A stretch of 63,926 bases of DNA, the filler included, from Octopus bimaculoides (taxonomy: Eukaryota): assembly GCF_001194135.2 (NCBI RefSeq). It is 4 parts of 3 records of this genome, joined end to end, with 100 filler letters (N's around TTAATTAATTAA, not from the genome) between each part and the next. Parts side by side here need not be neighbours in the genome. Positions count along the whole stretch, not along the records: positions 1 to 28,462 come from NC_068986.1; positions 28,563 to 58,792 come from NC_068982.1; 2 more parts are not named here. One strand, 5' to 3'. A program made the translations under genes and the position numbers. The notes under the pieces are model-generated. The model saw nothing but the letters and a program-made list of their open reading frames with translations. It had not been told where the DNA came from and did not search any database. This document shows positions 26,009 to 39,015 of the stretch, one piece after another (the first letter of the stretch is position 1; every line of letters starts with the position of its first letter).

Positions 26009-26222
26009 ACTCTAGGCCTTGAAAGTTTTTTTTTCCTTTGGTGGGGACGAGTTGTGGAAGGTGGTTAGTCGATTGCATCAACCCTAGTACGTAGCTGGCA
26101 CTTATTTCATCGACCCCGAAAGGATGAAAGACAAAGTTGATCACGGCGGAATTTGAAATCAGAACGCAACGGCAGACGATATACCGGCAAGCATTTCGCC
26201 CGGCGTGCTAATGATTCTGCCA
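26009..26222 (-). mobile_element. Diverged S1 SINE
   Basis: ATCGACCCCGAAAGGATGAAAG and GCATTTCGCCCGGCGTGCTAA blocks. Confidence 0.85.
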
Positions 26223-26287
26223 TGTCACCAACTTCAATAACAACAACAATAACAAAAACAGAATGACAATGACGATAATAATGATGC

Positions 26288-26337
<50 letters not shown>

Positions 26338-26725
26338 GATGTTGCAATCCCAGGCGATTCAAGGGTGAAATGTAAGGAAACAGAATCGATTGAGAAATAC
26401 CAGCCACTGCGGAACGTGGTAGTTAAGTTATGGGGCATGAGGAAAGTAATTGTGATACCGGTGGTAACTTGATCATCAGGAGCATTTTCCAAGGGCTTTG
26501 AAAGCCATATTAAGAATATTGGTGCTGCTGTCAGGCTACAGGTGATCCAGAGCACAGCATTGTTCGTTACAGCTCGCATTCTAAGGAGAATATTGTCTCT
26601 ATGAGTCACAGGAGAAGGCACTACTTGAAACCTTTGGTGATTTGTTGTTGCATGCTTTCAAGTAATGGATAAACCAGTAATTAGGAACTATTCCAGTAGC
26701 TTTCATAATAAAACCAATGATAATA
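26338..26725 (+). pseudogene. 5'-truncated R4/Dong-clade non-LTR retrotransposon: C-terminal restriction-like endonuclease region plus 3' UTR
   Basis: One frame, 26338-26604, reads DVAIPGDSRVKCKETESIEKYQPL...VIPVVT*SSGAFSK...ALFVTARILRRIL*. This matches the DVAIP..EK.EKY..L / PVV.G.LG / GTARILR pattern of RLE-type elements. Lies next to (TAA)n. Confidence 0.82.
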
Positions 26726-27271
26726 ATTATTTCGTTTATTTGCCACGAAGGCGATTTGTAGATGTTTTGTCTGGGTGTGAAAGACAGGCTACTGCAAATA
26801 TGCTGCGCAGCTTCACACGTTTGAAATTCAGCATTGAGCGGGTACCTTATTTGAAGATAGGTCCATCTATGATCACAGGAAATAGCAATGAGGGAACATC
26901 ATAACCATGTGTTGAGAGGGAGTCTCTGGGATTTCAATAATTCATTTTTTGAAACATGGAGAAAAACCCATTTTTCTATCATATATTATTTTCTATGCCA
27001 TCATCAAAATCATCACCGTCGTCATCAACGTGGTCGTTGTCGTCGTCGTCCTCCTCCTTCTCCTCCTCCTCTTCATCATCATCATCATCATTGTCATCAG
27101 CCTCATTATTATTTCCATTTCATTTCTGAGAGCTCTCAATTTAACTTGCCCCGGCCAATTCCGTAAGGTTGGACAACAACCTGTTGCCAAGAATCTCACG
27201 GGATCTCTTTCCACGATACTTAAGAGCCAAGTACCTACACATACACACACACTTGCACACACACGCATACA

Positions 27272-27305
<34 letters not shown>

Positions 27306-27437
27306 GAACACACTCACACAAACGCATACGCACACACAAACGTACACAAACACTCATACAAACACACACACGCTATATATATATGTATATACATACATAT
27401 ATACATACATATATACATACATATATATACACACACA

Positions 27438-27471
<34 letters not shown>

Positions 27472-28462
27472 GAACACACTCACACAAACGCATACGCACA
27501 CACAAACGTACACAAACACTCATACAAACACACACACGCTATATATATATGTATATACATACATATATACATANNNNNNNNNNNNNNNNNNNNNNNNNNN
27601 NNNNNNNNNNNNNNNNNNNNNNNNNNNNNNNNNNNNNNNNNNNNNNNNNNNNNNNNNNNNNNNNNNNNNNNNNNNNNNNNNNNNNNNNNNNNNNNNNNNN
27701 NNNNNNNNNNNNNNNNNNNNNNNNNNNNNNNNNNNNNNNNNNNNNNNNNNNNNNNNNNNNNNNNNNNNNNNNNNNNNNNNNNNNNNNNNNNNNNNNNNNN
27801 NNNNNNNNNNNNNNNNNNNNNNNNNNNNNNNNNNNNNNNNNNNNNNNNNNNNNNNNNNNNNNNNNNNNNNNNNNNNNNNNNNNNNNNNNNNNNNNNNNNN
27901 NNNNNNNNNNNNNTATATATATATATATATATATATATGTATTTATATATATATACACATATATATGAGTATGTGCGTGTGTGCGTGCGAGTGTGTGCGC
28001 GCGTTTTTGTATGCACACGTATATATGTACATATATACGTGTACGCTTAGCTGTAAATATACATGTGTATTTCTTTCTCCCCCTCTTTTATATATATATA
28101 TACATCCATACATACATACATACATACGTCTCTTTCTCCCTCTTTCTCTCTTTATATGCACACACACACACATATATATAGCTATATATATATTTATATA
28201 TATATATTCATTTATATATGTATACGTATATATAAATTTATATATATATTATATCCGTGTACTCATGTGTACATACATACATACGATCTCATTCTACACC
28301 TTCCCCTCTTTCTCTCTTTCTCTCTCTGCATATACATATATACATACCTGTTCGTTCACATATATACCTATGTTGATATACGTGAGTACGTGCATTTGAT
28401 TAGAAGTATATTTGTATATGCATCTATTGATAAATCATGTTTACATATATATATATATATAT

Positions 28463-28562
28463 NNNNNNNNNNNNNNNNNNNNNNNNNNNNNNNNNNNNNN
28501 NNNNNNTTAATTAATTAANNNNNNNNNNNNNNNNNNNNNNNNNNNNNNNNNNNNNNNNNNNN
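28463..28562. other. Synthetic 100-bp gap linker (44 N + TTAATTAATTAA + 44 N)
   Basis: Identical construct at 58793-58892 and 62716-62815; the 12-mer gives a stop in all six frames. Confidence 0.92.
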
Positions 28563-28652
<90 letters not shown>

Positions 28653-28680
28653 ATATATGTATGTGTGTATATATTTGTGT

Positions 28681-28840
28681 GTCCGTGTCTGTCCCCTCAA
28701 CATCGCTTGTGTGTTTACGTCCTCGCAACTTAGCACTTCGGCAAAATACATCGATAGAATAAGTACTAGGCTTATAAAGAATAAGTCCTGGGGTCGACTT
28801 GCTAGACTAAAGGCGGTGCTCCAACGTGGGCACAGTCATT
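28681..28840 (+). mobile_element. 3' half of an S2 SINE
   Basis: GATAGAATAAGTACTAGGCTTATAAAGAATAAGTCCTGGGGTCGAC matches the other S2 tails. Confidence 0.85.
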
Positions 28841-29798
28841 GTTATCACGTCCATAACATTTAAGTAACCTACTGGTCGTTGACACAGCAGCAGTCATTGT
28901 CACTCACTTTATTCTTAGTTCCCCCATTATGAAGGACATTGTCAGGTAGTAATTTACTCAAAATCAATATACACGAAACATTCGAGCTATAAATTGGAAA
29001 ACAATTATCAGAGCATTAACAAAGCTATTAATATTTTACGATTGAAAGCACTTGGGCGAAGGCAACAATATATGAACCCCTCCAAGTAAAATAAGGCAAT
29101 TTAATTATTCTGAAATGCTGATCATATCGTACTTCAGCAGTCGGCTTTAACAGAACCATTATTAACAAATCTGTCACATGCTGAACAGAAATAGCTCGAT
29201 CGTGTTAAGGAATATTAAATAATGCAAATGGCAAACATTAGCCACTACGAGTATGGTTTGACTTTCTGCTTTGGATTGGATTAATTATAGCTTTGCAATA
29301 TTTATGTTGAAATATCTATATCATAATAATTAATTAGAAGTTTGTTTCATATTGATAGCCAGGAGTGATAACCATACAATAAGGTGTTTTAAATGGCGGT
29401 AAAGGTGAGAAATAAAAAATGTTTTTGGAAAGCTTTTCTATAAAAAATGACAAGATGCACAACAATTTATTTAAATTATATAAGCGTGGAACTGCATTAT
29501 AAATCTGTTAGTAATCGTGTGTGGATATCTATGCGGGGGTTGGATCGCACAGGTTGTTTACCACCTACTTTTCATCAAAGTGGCTTTGAAATCTATGCGC
29601 TACTAGTTATTATTTATGAATGGATTAGCTTCGAGTTATAGTGTTTATAAAGGTTGTTGATATATCGTTCGATATTTTTACGCATGCGTCCAAAATGTAT
29701 ACTGATATTTATATATTATACATCCACATATACTTATATACATCTTCGTACATATGTATGTATGTGTATGTATGTATGTATGTATGTATGTATGTATG

Positions 29799-29829
<31 letters not shown>

Positions 29830-29929
29830 ATATATATATATATTTATAGTCAATTATTTCCTGAGTTATTCTCACCGTATCCTCACCACATTAGTTGATT
29901 GTAAAATTGCATTGAGTGAACATCACTAG

Positions 29930-30850
29930 CCTTTTCTGCAGAAAGACGATTGTGTAACCATATGTGAGAACAGATTCTGATAAGCAAATTCTTGAAATTT
30001 TCGATGTCAAGTTTTCGATGAAAAGATTACAAGAATAGAGAACGGTACAAGTGTTAGCTTATAAGTTGCGTGCTACAGGGGCAGTGCACAACGCACTAAA
30101 AGCATAGTGTACATTCGCCAAAGAGTTGCTCGAAGACCAAATAAGTCAACGCGTAAATTCGTACAGCAATCTCACATAAGGAGGCGGTCATACCAACGGG
30201 ATGGCAAGAACAATCGATTAAATTACTGCACACGGATTCTGGATAGCACTGCTAATGGTGAGCTACATCCGTTCCTTTACGTAATGAGTGACGAAGTTTG
30301 GGCTCATCTCTCTGCCCACTTATATCCCTCACCCTGTGGTTGGGCAGCCGCTCTACAATCAAAATCACTGTGCTTGCTGTGCTGTTTCAGGGCCAACCAT
30401 CATTGGACCGATATTTTTGACAGTACATTCAACATGGATGTCTACACGAAACTTTTGTATTAATTTTGTGTCCAATTTACTGAAGATGAATGGCAAGTGT
30501 ACATGCTTCTTCCAATATGACGGTGTGACTTGCCACGCATCTCATGTGTCCATGTAGCGAGTCCATGAGATATTCTCTGAGGAATCAAGATTAGCAGAAA
30601 ATTGTGGCCACCACGTTTTCCTGACATTTTCAAAGTGTGATTATTATGTATGGGGGCACAGGAAGAGTACTTTATAGGAAAAAATCTGCCTATAATACAG
30701 CAAATGAAGGACAATATCACGCAAGCTGTCACCGACATCGATGTCACTATGTTACGCCTGGTGTAACAAAACAGGGTTAGACGTGCTGATACTGCGGCGA
30801 ATCATTTTCAAAATCATCTATTATGGTGAAAACATTCCAGCACTTGTAAG
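29930..30850 (+). pseudogene. Decayed Tc1/mariner transposase (DUF4817-type, DD41D-like group)
   Basis: Across frameshifts: KLRATGAVHNA, VARRPNKSTRK, MSDEVWAHLS, CAVSGPTIIGPIF, FFQYDGVTCH, LWPPRFPD, CDYYVWGH. These are in the expected order for this family. Confidence 0.85.
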
Positions 30851-31238
30851 TTTATTTCCGTATTTACACTCTACTATGAAACCTAGGTTACTTTATCGTA
30901 TTCAAGTGTGTCGAGTGTGTAAATGTGTGTGTGGGTATGTGCATGCCTGTTTGTGTGCGTGTGTGTTTGTATGTGTGAGTTTGTGTGTATTTGTCTGTGT
31001 GTTTGTGTGTGTATTTTTGTGTGTGTTTTTGTGTGTGTATGTGTGTTTGTATGAAGTATGTTTCGGGTACGAATTTAAATCGTATCTAGTAGGGAGGTTC
31101 CGGTTTGCGAGTTCCAGAATTTTATGTTGAGCGGAAGCATCTCTTAGCTACTATTTTCCCAGATGTATTCTGTCCCGATACAACAGCATCAGCTCCAGCT
31201 ATGGGATAACTAGCATATGTGATTACAATCCGTCTGAA

Positions 31239-31269
31239 TAGGGTTAGGGTTAGAGTTAGGGTTAGGGTT
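31239..31269. repeat. Short (TTAGGG)~5 array
   Basis: Direct reading; one TTAGAG variant. Confidence 0.9.
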
Positions 31270-31370
31270 GAAATATCCTGGATTGGTGTCAAAGTATGCG
31301 GTATCATCCCCGGGACTGAGACACCCCTCGCCGTTTTAACAGTATCATTCTAGGAGAGGAACACCATGAT

Positions 31371-31424
31371 GCAGCTTCACGAGTTTCTGCAGTTTCACGA
31401 GTTTCTGCAGTTTCACATGTTTCT
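31371..31424. repeat. Minisatellite, 3 x 18 bp (GCAGTTTCACGAGTTTCT)
   Basis: Direct reading. Confidence 0.9.
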
Positions 31425-32372
31425 GATAGGTATACGCAAGCTGATATGTGAAGAACATCTGCCTTTTCCAGTACTACAAATCTTGTATGTAGATGTTATA
31501 TTTTCGTGAGGGATGCATAGAATTTGAAAAAAATATTGCGAAGAAAATTTGCTACATGATTAAATGTCAAAAAAGGAGATTGTAAAAATATATGTTATAT
31601 TATTTAAACACTATTACACGTGTTTCCTTTCCAACTAGGAATTTCAAAGTTGTACATGTAGACGGAACATGTTAGTTATCTCCTAGAAATTTTTCAGAAA
31701 GAGAATCAAAATAACACAAAATTTGCATTTCCCTGAAGCTATAATGTATAGTGAAGATCACGAACAGCAATCCAGTAGATATTTAAAGGAGTGAATAAGG
31801 AAAAATGCTGTAATATTAGAAAAGAGAGGTAGACATGGTTGTAATAGACACATGCACACACACTCATTCCGATTTATATGTATATCATCTATGTAGTTAT
31901 TCAAATACTTACTAACATGTATACACATACGTGCTATGTACGTACATACATACATATAATTTCATTCACGAACGTACATCGTGTGTGTGAATATATGTCG
32001 GGCCTGACCTTTCTTTCTTGGTTGGACTACTGTCAGTGCAACGTTCATATTCCTTCCTGTGCTTAACAAATCACATGTCTCTGCCGGAAGGCTTTACTTC
32101 CACACACGCCAGCTTTATTTAATTCGTCCTTAGGGAAAAGACACCTGCTGCTTATGCCTTGTTTCGAGTATAACCAGTCGAAATTTCAAGGTAATCTGGA
32201 ACTCGACTGAGGATAGAAAACTCCGAATGATCCGCCCTTCTTTTCCTTCTATCGTCTGACTGGATATTTTAGTGTCCCTTTTTTGTTTTATCTAACTGTC
32301 TGGATGTTTTGCGTTCTTGTCCCATTTTTTGTATTTTTTATAGATATAATATAGCGGCTTAAATACACTTTG

Positions 32373-32411
<39 letters not shown>

Positions 32412-32963
32412 TAACTTAAATTTGATTAAAACACGACTGTGATATACTTCAAATTCTAAACGCAAATTCACTGCACTTACCATCGAATTAAACACACTCT
32501 CTTATGATTAAAGGTATAAAAATACCATAGCTGCCCCGTGATACTCCGTTCCGCTCAGTGTGCCCCCTTTCGAGTTCCTAGGCATTACGTTTGTATTTCC
32601 TTACACGTTCTCGATGATAAATACCGAACCGATTTAAAGCCGTAACGTATCCAAGACATAGTCAACAACCTTGGTTGAGTTGCGCTATTAGACTCCCAGG
32701 TCGGGAGAAAATCAACAGTTTGATCGCCACGCAATTTTCAAGAATAAGCGAACTTTATGTTTATGACTTTATATTTGTCCAGAGTTATTTCTCTTCGGTA
32801 TTTCCCATTGATTACGGCTGAAGAGCAAGACACACTGCTTCTGAGAACCAGACAGTGGGCAGCACTGAATAGATATGGTGTTTTTATACCTTTTACCATC
32901 GGAGACAAAACTTTCCCATCTTAACTGTATCACTAGTTACAAATACTACAGATCACACACACA

Positions 32964-33002
<39 letters not shown>

Positions 33003-33654
33003 AGCACACACACACATACACACACACACACACACAATCCGGGAATTCTTGTGTTGAAAGTTATTAATCTTCAAACTGAGATTTTGAGGTATGTAAACCA
33101 ACAAAGAGACAATATATGATAAAGAACATTTACAATTGATCGGTATCAACAGTTACACACCGTTTCCCGATTAAAAATTTTGAGGGAATTCGTCAAGCTG
33201 ATATTTGTACGAACTAGAGCTGCTACAAATATTCAAATTGAAAGAGTGGAAGAGATAAAATGCAAACTACATATGTTCCTTATATAGCGAATGCTCGTGA
33301 TGTAATAGTTATACAAAGAAGTATGTTGAGTGTAGGTAATCATCAGGCTGCGAATACCTTAATTAAATGCAGATTACCTTATCGCTTGGTAATTCCATGT
33401 CAGCTACACCTGAGTGTGAGTTTAAATGAATAGAGAAGCGAATAATAAAAACTAAGAAACTAACCAAAAATTAGAATGTAAAATTTCAACATGTAGGTCA
33501 AGGGAACGAATGAGCGATAAAGGAACAGGTGAGATCCAAAATATGCAAGAGTGAGTGCAGTTTAGAGCTGAGGAGTACGAAGGAAAGAAGAAAGGGAAGG
33601 AAAGAAACTATAAAGATACAAAGAGCAAAGGATTATTAATAGAATAATGAATAC

Positions 33655-33898
33655 GCCCTTTTAAAGCCTAGCCAGCTCATGGGCCCGGTTTCCCGGTTTC
33701 AATGGCGTGTGTATTTCGCAGCTGCACGGGGTGCCATTCCATCGCAGCGTTACTCATTTTTGCCAGCCGAGTGGACTGGAGCAACGTGAAATGAAGTGTT
33801 TTGCTCAAGAGCAAAACTCGTTGCCCGGTCCAGGAATCGAAACCAAAATCTTACGATCATGATGCTGACACCCTAACCACTAAGCCAGGCGCCTCCAC
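33655..33898 (-). mobile_element. tRNA-headed SINE (S4 head/body, tail type T3)
   Basis: Head TGGCTTAGTGG...GTTTCGATTCC. Body CAACGTGAAAT.AAGTGT.TTGCTCAAGA shared with the 13299 copy; different tail. Confidence 0.85.
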
Positions 33899-34331
33899 AA
33901 GGATTGCTATTGTTAAGGGTAAAATACAGTGGCCGACGAAACGACACATTTTGGGGACTGCTAGCAAGCAATTCTCCAAGTTAATTAGGGTTAAGGGTTA
34001 GCTTTCCACTGCAGAATATAGGACACTAATAGACCGATACTAGTACATACTTCCAAGTTCTAATACTATAAGAACGCAATAGTTCAAACAACGGGTTCAT
34101 AATCTCTGGTGTTCACGGAAAATCAATGGAAGTCATAGCAAAAGCAACTTCACATGTCGGTGTCCACTGTGAGTATTATAGAGCCCAACAAGATTCGACA
34201 CAAGTACTATGTACTGAGGAGAGGCCAATTCATGACCAAAAACCCTCAGGAAGACCGTTTGATCATTGCCAATCTGTTGCTCTGTAGTTAGAATAATTTA
34301 TAATCAGCCTAAAGTCTAGCAAAAGTGGTAG

Positions 34332-34725
34332 TTCTTTCATTCCTTTATTTGTTTCAGCCATTTGGCTACGGCCATGCTGGAGCTCGGCTCTGAAGGCTTT
34401 TAGTCGATGAGATCGAGCCCAGGACTTATTTCCTAAGGCCAGTACATAATCTATTCGTCCATTTTGCCGAACCACTAAGTTAAGGGGAGGTAGAGACATC
34501 AACACAGGTTGTCAACGATGATGGGGGAGGAAGACAGACACAGACTCACACACATACATACATAGATACATACGACGGGCTTCTTTCAGTTTCCTCTAAC
34601 AAATCCAATTACAAGACTGTGGTCGGCCAAGGCTATACTAAAAGACAATTAACCAAGGTGCCACGCAATGAGACTGAACCTGGAACCATGTGGATGGGAA
34701 TCATTCTTCATACCACACAGCCACG
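34332..34725 (-). mobile_element. Near full-length S2 SINE
   Basis: Aligns with the 4487 and 60418 copies. Confidence 0.88.
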
Positions 34726-35659
34726 TTATATGGAAATATTTCTTACGTCCCCACCCCTAACGTACCCAGAGAAGATGAGGGCCTTTAGTTAGCTGCGCTT
34801 CTAATAGAAATTAACACTATACAGAACTTGTATTTTGTTAGCTAGATCAATACAAGTGTTAAGGACGCGAGAATAGGAATAGGACTCAGATCGGCACAAA
34901 CGAAGTTAGCTATAATATTTATCACACCGGTTGTTTACAAACGATAGCATCTAACGAAACACCCACAGTAAGTTACTGGTATTCTTCAAATTTAATCATC
35001 TGCACAGGCAATCGTAGAGTAATAATAATTTCACAAATGCCTGGAACCTGCACAAAAGAAAAAAGTGGGATGCAGGAACCTCGTTCGCGGATGTAACTAG
35101 ACTCCACCATTAACACTACCACGACGACGAAGACGACGACGACGACCACCACCACCACCACCATCACCACCACCATATCTCTGCCATACATGATTTCCTT
35201 ATCATCCACATGATTATCAACAAATGCAAATATTTATCAAACCCTGACGATATACATTAAATACAGCACTCAGCTACACCCCCCACATTTATATATAATA
35301 TGAGACCTGTAATATGGAAATAAAGAAGATACAAAATATATACTTTGCACACTACAAAATATGTTTTGTTTTATAGTATTGGGTTCTCATGCATAAATAT
35401 ATTAAACATAACCTTATTCAACAACAACATCAATGTGTATCGCATAGTTTTCAGAGCTGACTGAATGGATCCATTGAATATTACTCCATTAATGGTAAAG
35501 AGTTATAAATACATTCAACTCGAGTTATGCACAATGTACCATTAAAAAGCCAAATAGATGAAAGAACTATGGATAATTTTATTGAATTATGAAAGATCAC
35601 AAGAATTTCAATATGGAAGCATAATACACATTGGCCATGTTTTATAGAAAATACTGAAT

Positions 35660-35676
35660 ATTATCATTATCATCAC

Positions 35677-35749
<73 letters not shown>

Positions 35750-35900
35750 GTTGTTGTTGTTGTTNNNNNNNNNNATTATTATTATTATTATTATTGTTGT
35801 TGTTGTTGTTGGTGTTGTTGTTGTTGTTGTTGTTTTTGATACAAATATTTAGTGGTAGCGATATTTGTAGCAACAGTGTTAGTAGTAGTAGGAGTAGTAA
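35660..35900. repeat. Compound (TAT)n/(TGT)n/(TAG)n tract
   Basis: Direct reading; interrupted by a 10-N gap. Confidence 0.9.
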
Positions 35901-36206
35901 AAAAGTATGTTAGTTGTACTCTTGTTATTTTTAGAAGTTTACTCAATGATCAGAACACATAACTTTCATTATATATGTATAAAAATATGTATATATATAT
36001 ATATNNNNNNNNNNNNNNNNNNNNNNNNNNNNNNNNNNNNNNNNNNNNNNNNNNNNNNNNNNNNNNNNNNNNNNNNNNNNNNNNNNNNNNNNNNNNNNNN
36101 NNNNNNNNNNNNNNNNNNNNNNNNNNNNNNNNNNNNNNNNNNNNNNNNNNNNNNNNNNNNNNNNNNNNNNNNNNNNNNNNNNNNNNNNNNNNNNNNNNNN
36201 NNNNNN

Positions 36207-36279
<73 letters not shown>

Positions 36280-37022
36280 CTCACGTCTGGCCTACAGCCC
36301 TTCTTGTTTATTTTCATTGTTTCGTTTTCCTGTTGTTTTCAGTTTGCCACCTAATTCCGCCGCGTTACAAATTTCATTTAATTTGTTTCCGTGGGAAGAA
36401 CTATTCTAATCATGCATCCTGCCCTAATTCTTCGAAACGCTTGGTTTAGAAGAGGGGCAGCTGATGAAGGAAATATTCTCTATGTGGCCTTTGTGTTTTC
36501 TCTGCTCTGTCTATGTTCCCCTTTTCATTTTGTCCCCGGTTTCTTTTGTGACGCCCTGTACCCAGATATGCATCTATATATGCATGTAGATGTAGATATG
36601 TACATATATGTACGTATATATGTATATACTCGCTTGCAAGTAAGTTTTATTTTCCGACGCGACTCTATCTATCTTTGTATCTTTCTCATCCTTTCGTTTT
36701 CCTTCTGTTGTTCTTCGCCTCTCCACTTCACTACTATATCTCTCTCTTTCCACCTCTCTGTCTCTCGTTGCACACCTATGTTCAACTTTCTCCTCTTTTT
36801 TCTCTCTCTACCACTCTTTCGCATTACTCCTCGCTGGTCACATGTGACCGGCTACTGCTTCCTTTCTTCTCTTGGCCACTGGCTTTCCATCAGCCCTCTT
36901 CGGTAATGTTAACAGTTTTCCATTTGATTAAGAACTCAACTAGCGACAAGGCTCTGAAGATCCTGAGTGTGAGTAAATTGCGGCCTTAAAAATATTATTC
37001 AACCACGTAGTAGTTGAACGAA

Positions 37023-37059
<37 letters not shown>

Positions 37060-37099
37060 CAGACACACACACACCCATACACCCCCCACACACACATAG

Positions 37100-37131
<32 letters not shown>

Positions 37132-37802
37132 CCACATATATACATATATTAAAAAAAAACGAGAAAAAAGATACGAAAAAGACAACAACTCCAAGACGAG
37201 GTACATGCAAAGTATTAATAAAACCCTCAAAGAAGGAAAGAAAAAAGTGAACTGCTCGTCTTTGGGAGGTTTGCCATCTATTTTGAAAATGTGCACACCA
37301 ACGTACTATCATTTTCTGCATTGTAGGAAATTAAAATTATTGAAATATATTTCGTAACTGCAAAAAACTGTCTGTTTGTCTAAGAAGGATTTTTTTGGTC
37401 AGTGAAACCGGAAATGATGCTGCTACGAATTCTACAACCGCAACAAAGATTCTATTACCTCGTCGCCATTCCCTTGTTATTAATATTTGGCTGTTAATAT
37501 TTTATATTGTACTTCGGATGCTCTTAAGACAGGGGAAATGGAAGCTAAATTCATTGTGATTACATATATGTGTATCCACATGGTGCGTGTGTCCGTGCGT
37601 GCGTGAGTTGAGAAATGGAATTCAAATGCTTCAAAGAATAACAGAAAAAAGAAAACTGAACTGTATTTTAATATGATTCTTGTTGGTGGCAAGGCAACAC
37701 TTGAGGTTCAGACGTTCGAACATGTTCGTCAGAATATGTCAGACGACGAGTTTTGTGTTTTTGTGTATGTGTGTGTTTATTTGTGCGTGCGTNNNNNNNN
37801 NN

Positions 37803-37842
<40 letters not shown>

Positions 37843-38059
37843 CGTGCTTGTGAGTGTGTGAAAATATTGGTTTATCCGGTGAATTCGTTCATTTGCTTCT
37901 GATTCTGTTTGTATTCACACGAAAAATACTTTTCCTGTACTACGTGTCGGTTCTTGCAGCAATATTCTTCCCCAACATATTGTCAAATATGAATATATAT
38001 ATATATATCTGATTTTTGTGTCTTCTCAAACATGTGATAATGCAGTTCCTTGTAGTAAC

Positions 38060-38180
38060 CAAGAAAATGAGCATTTAGGAAACTCATTTTTCTTTGATTT
38101 CAATCCAGCCTGCAATGCTGCTAAAGTCACTCGATACCTATGTGATGTATACCGAGGAGACGCTATTACAGACCCACCAA
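38060..38180 (+). pseudogene. Short mariner transposase N-terminal relic
   Basis: ENEHLGNSFFFDFNPACNAAKVTRYLCDVYRGDAIT resembles the mariner start EHFRH.LLF.FN.G..AA.A.R.IC.VYG..AI. Confidence 0.55.
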
Positions 38181-38381
38181 ATTTGGATCGACAATTCCAG
38201 CACAATGAGAATCGATTGAAGGATCTGATCTATTTGAAAATTAGTTCAGCCGGCGGATCATCTCAAGGTAACGTCACTCGTCATTTGCCATTGGTGGGTA
38301 AGGCCCATCCAAACAGACGGCCACCAACACGACGTTCTTCTTCAACACAGCAACTTATATCTGTCTGTCTGTCTATCTATA

Positions 38382-38422
<41 letters not shown>

Positions 38423-38490
38423 GTCTGTCTGCCTGTCTGTCGATGAACCGAGCAATACGTAGCTGCAATGCAAGCTTCTTACACACACAC

Positions 38491-38579
<89 letters not shown>

Positions 38580-38978
38580 ACAATGCCTATATATTTTCCA
38601 TAATTGCAGACATGTTGTGGAAAAAGTTTTGAGGAGTTTTATTAATAAAAGAATATCTTCCGCAGTATTTAGATTTAATGATTTGTATTTATTTAATGGT
38701 TCACATTTGATGAACTGCCATGTAACGCATATATAAGCAAATCAAAACCAGTTCTCGAGCGGTGAGAGTCGAAATCAGGACAAGCACAGACAAACACACA
38801 CATATCTATGTGTGTGTGTGTGTGTGTGTGCACACCTATATATATATGTGTATTATATATTATCTCCCCTTTTTCTTAGCTCTCCTGCGTGAAAATTCTG
38901 TCCGCAGAAGCCATGATAGATCGCTGACCAAACCATTCAATTTTTTTCTTCGTGTTTTTCTCCTTGTTTTCTCCGTAT

Positions 38979-39015
38979 TCTATCTGTTGTAGAGCGTAGC
39001 TCGAAACGTTAAAGA
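38979..39015 (+). ncRNA. Degenerate minimal hammerhead-like motif
   Basis: CTGTTGT-A-GAGC-GTA-GCTC-GAAA-CGT-T with 4/5 stem I pairs. The core has A6U and A9U changes. Confidence 0.4.

Noticed and set aside
27304-27573. Duplicated ~100-bp compound repeat unit (also the short duplicate around the 10-N gap at 9163)
   Set aside because: Abuts assembly gaps in microsatellite DNA; likely redundant contig ends.
28507-28518. TTAATTAATTAA islands (also 58837 and 62760) as a biological motif
   Set aside because: Each sits exactly in 44 N + 12 + 44 N and encodes six-frame stops, so it is an assembly linker.
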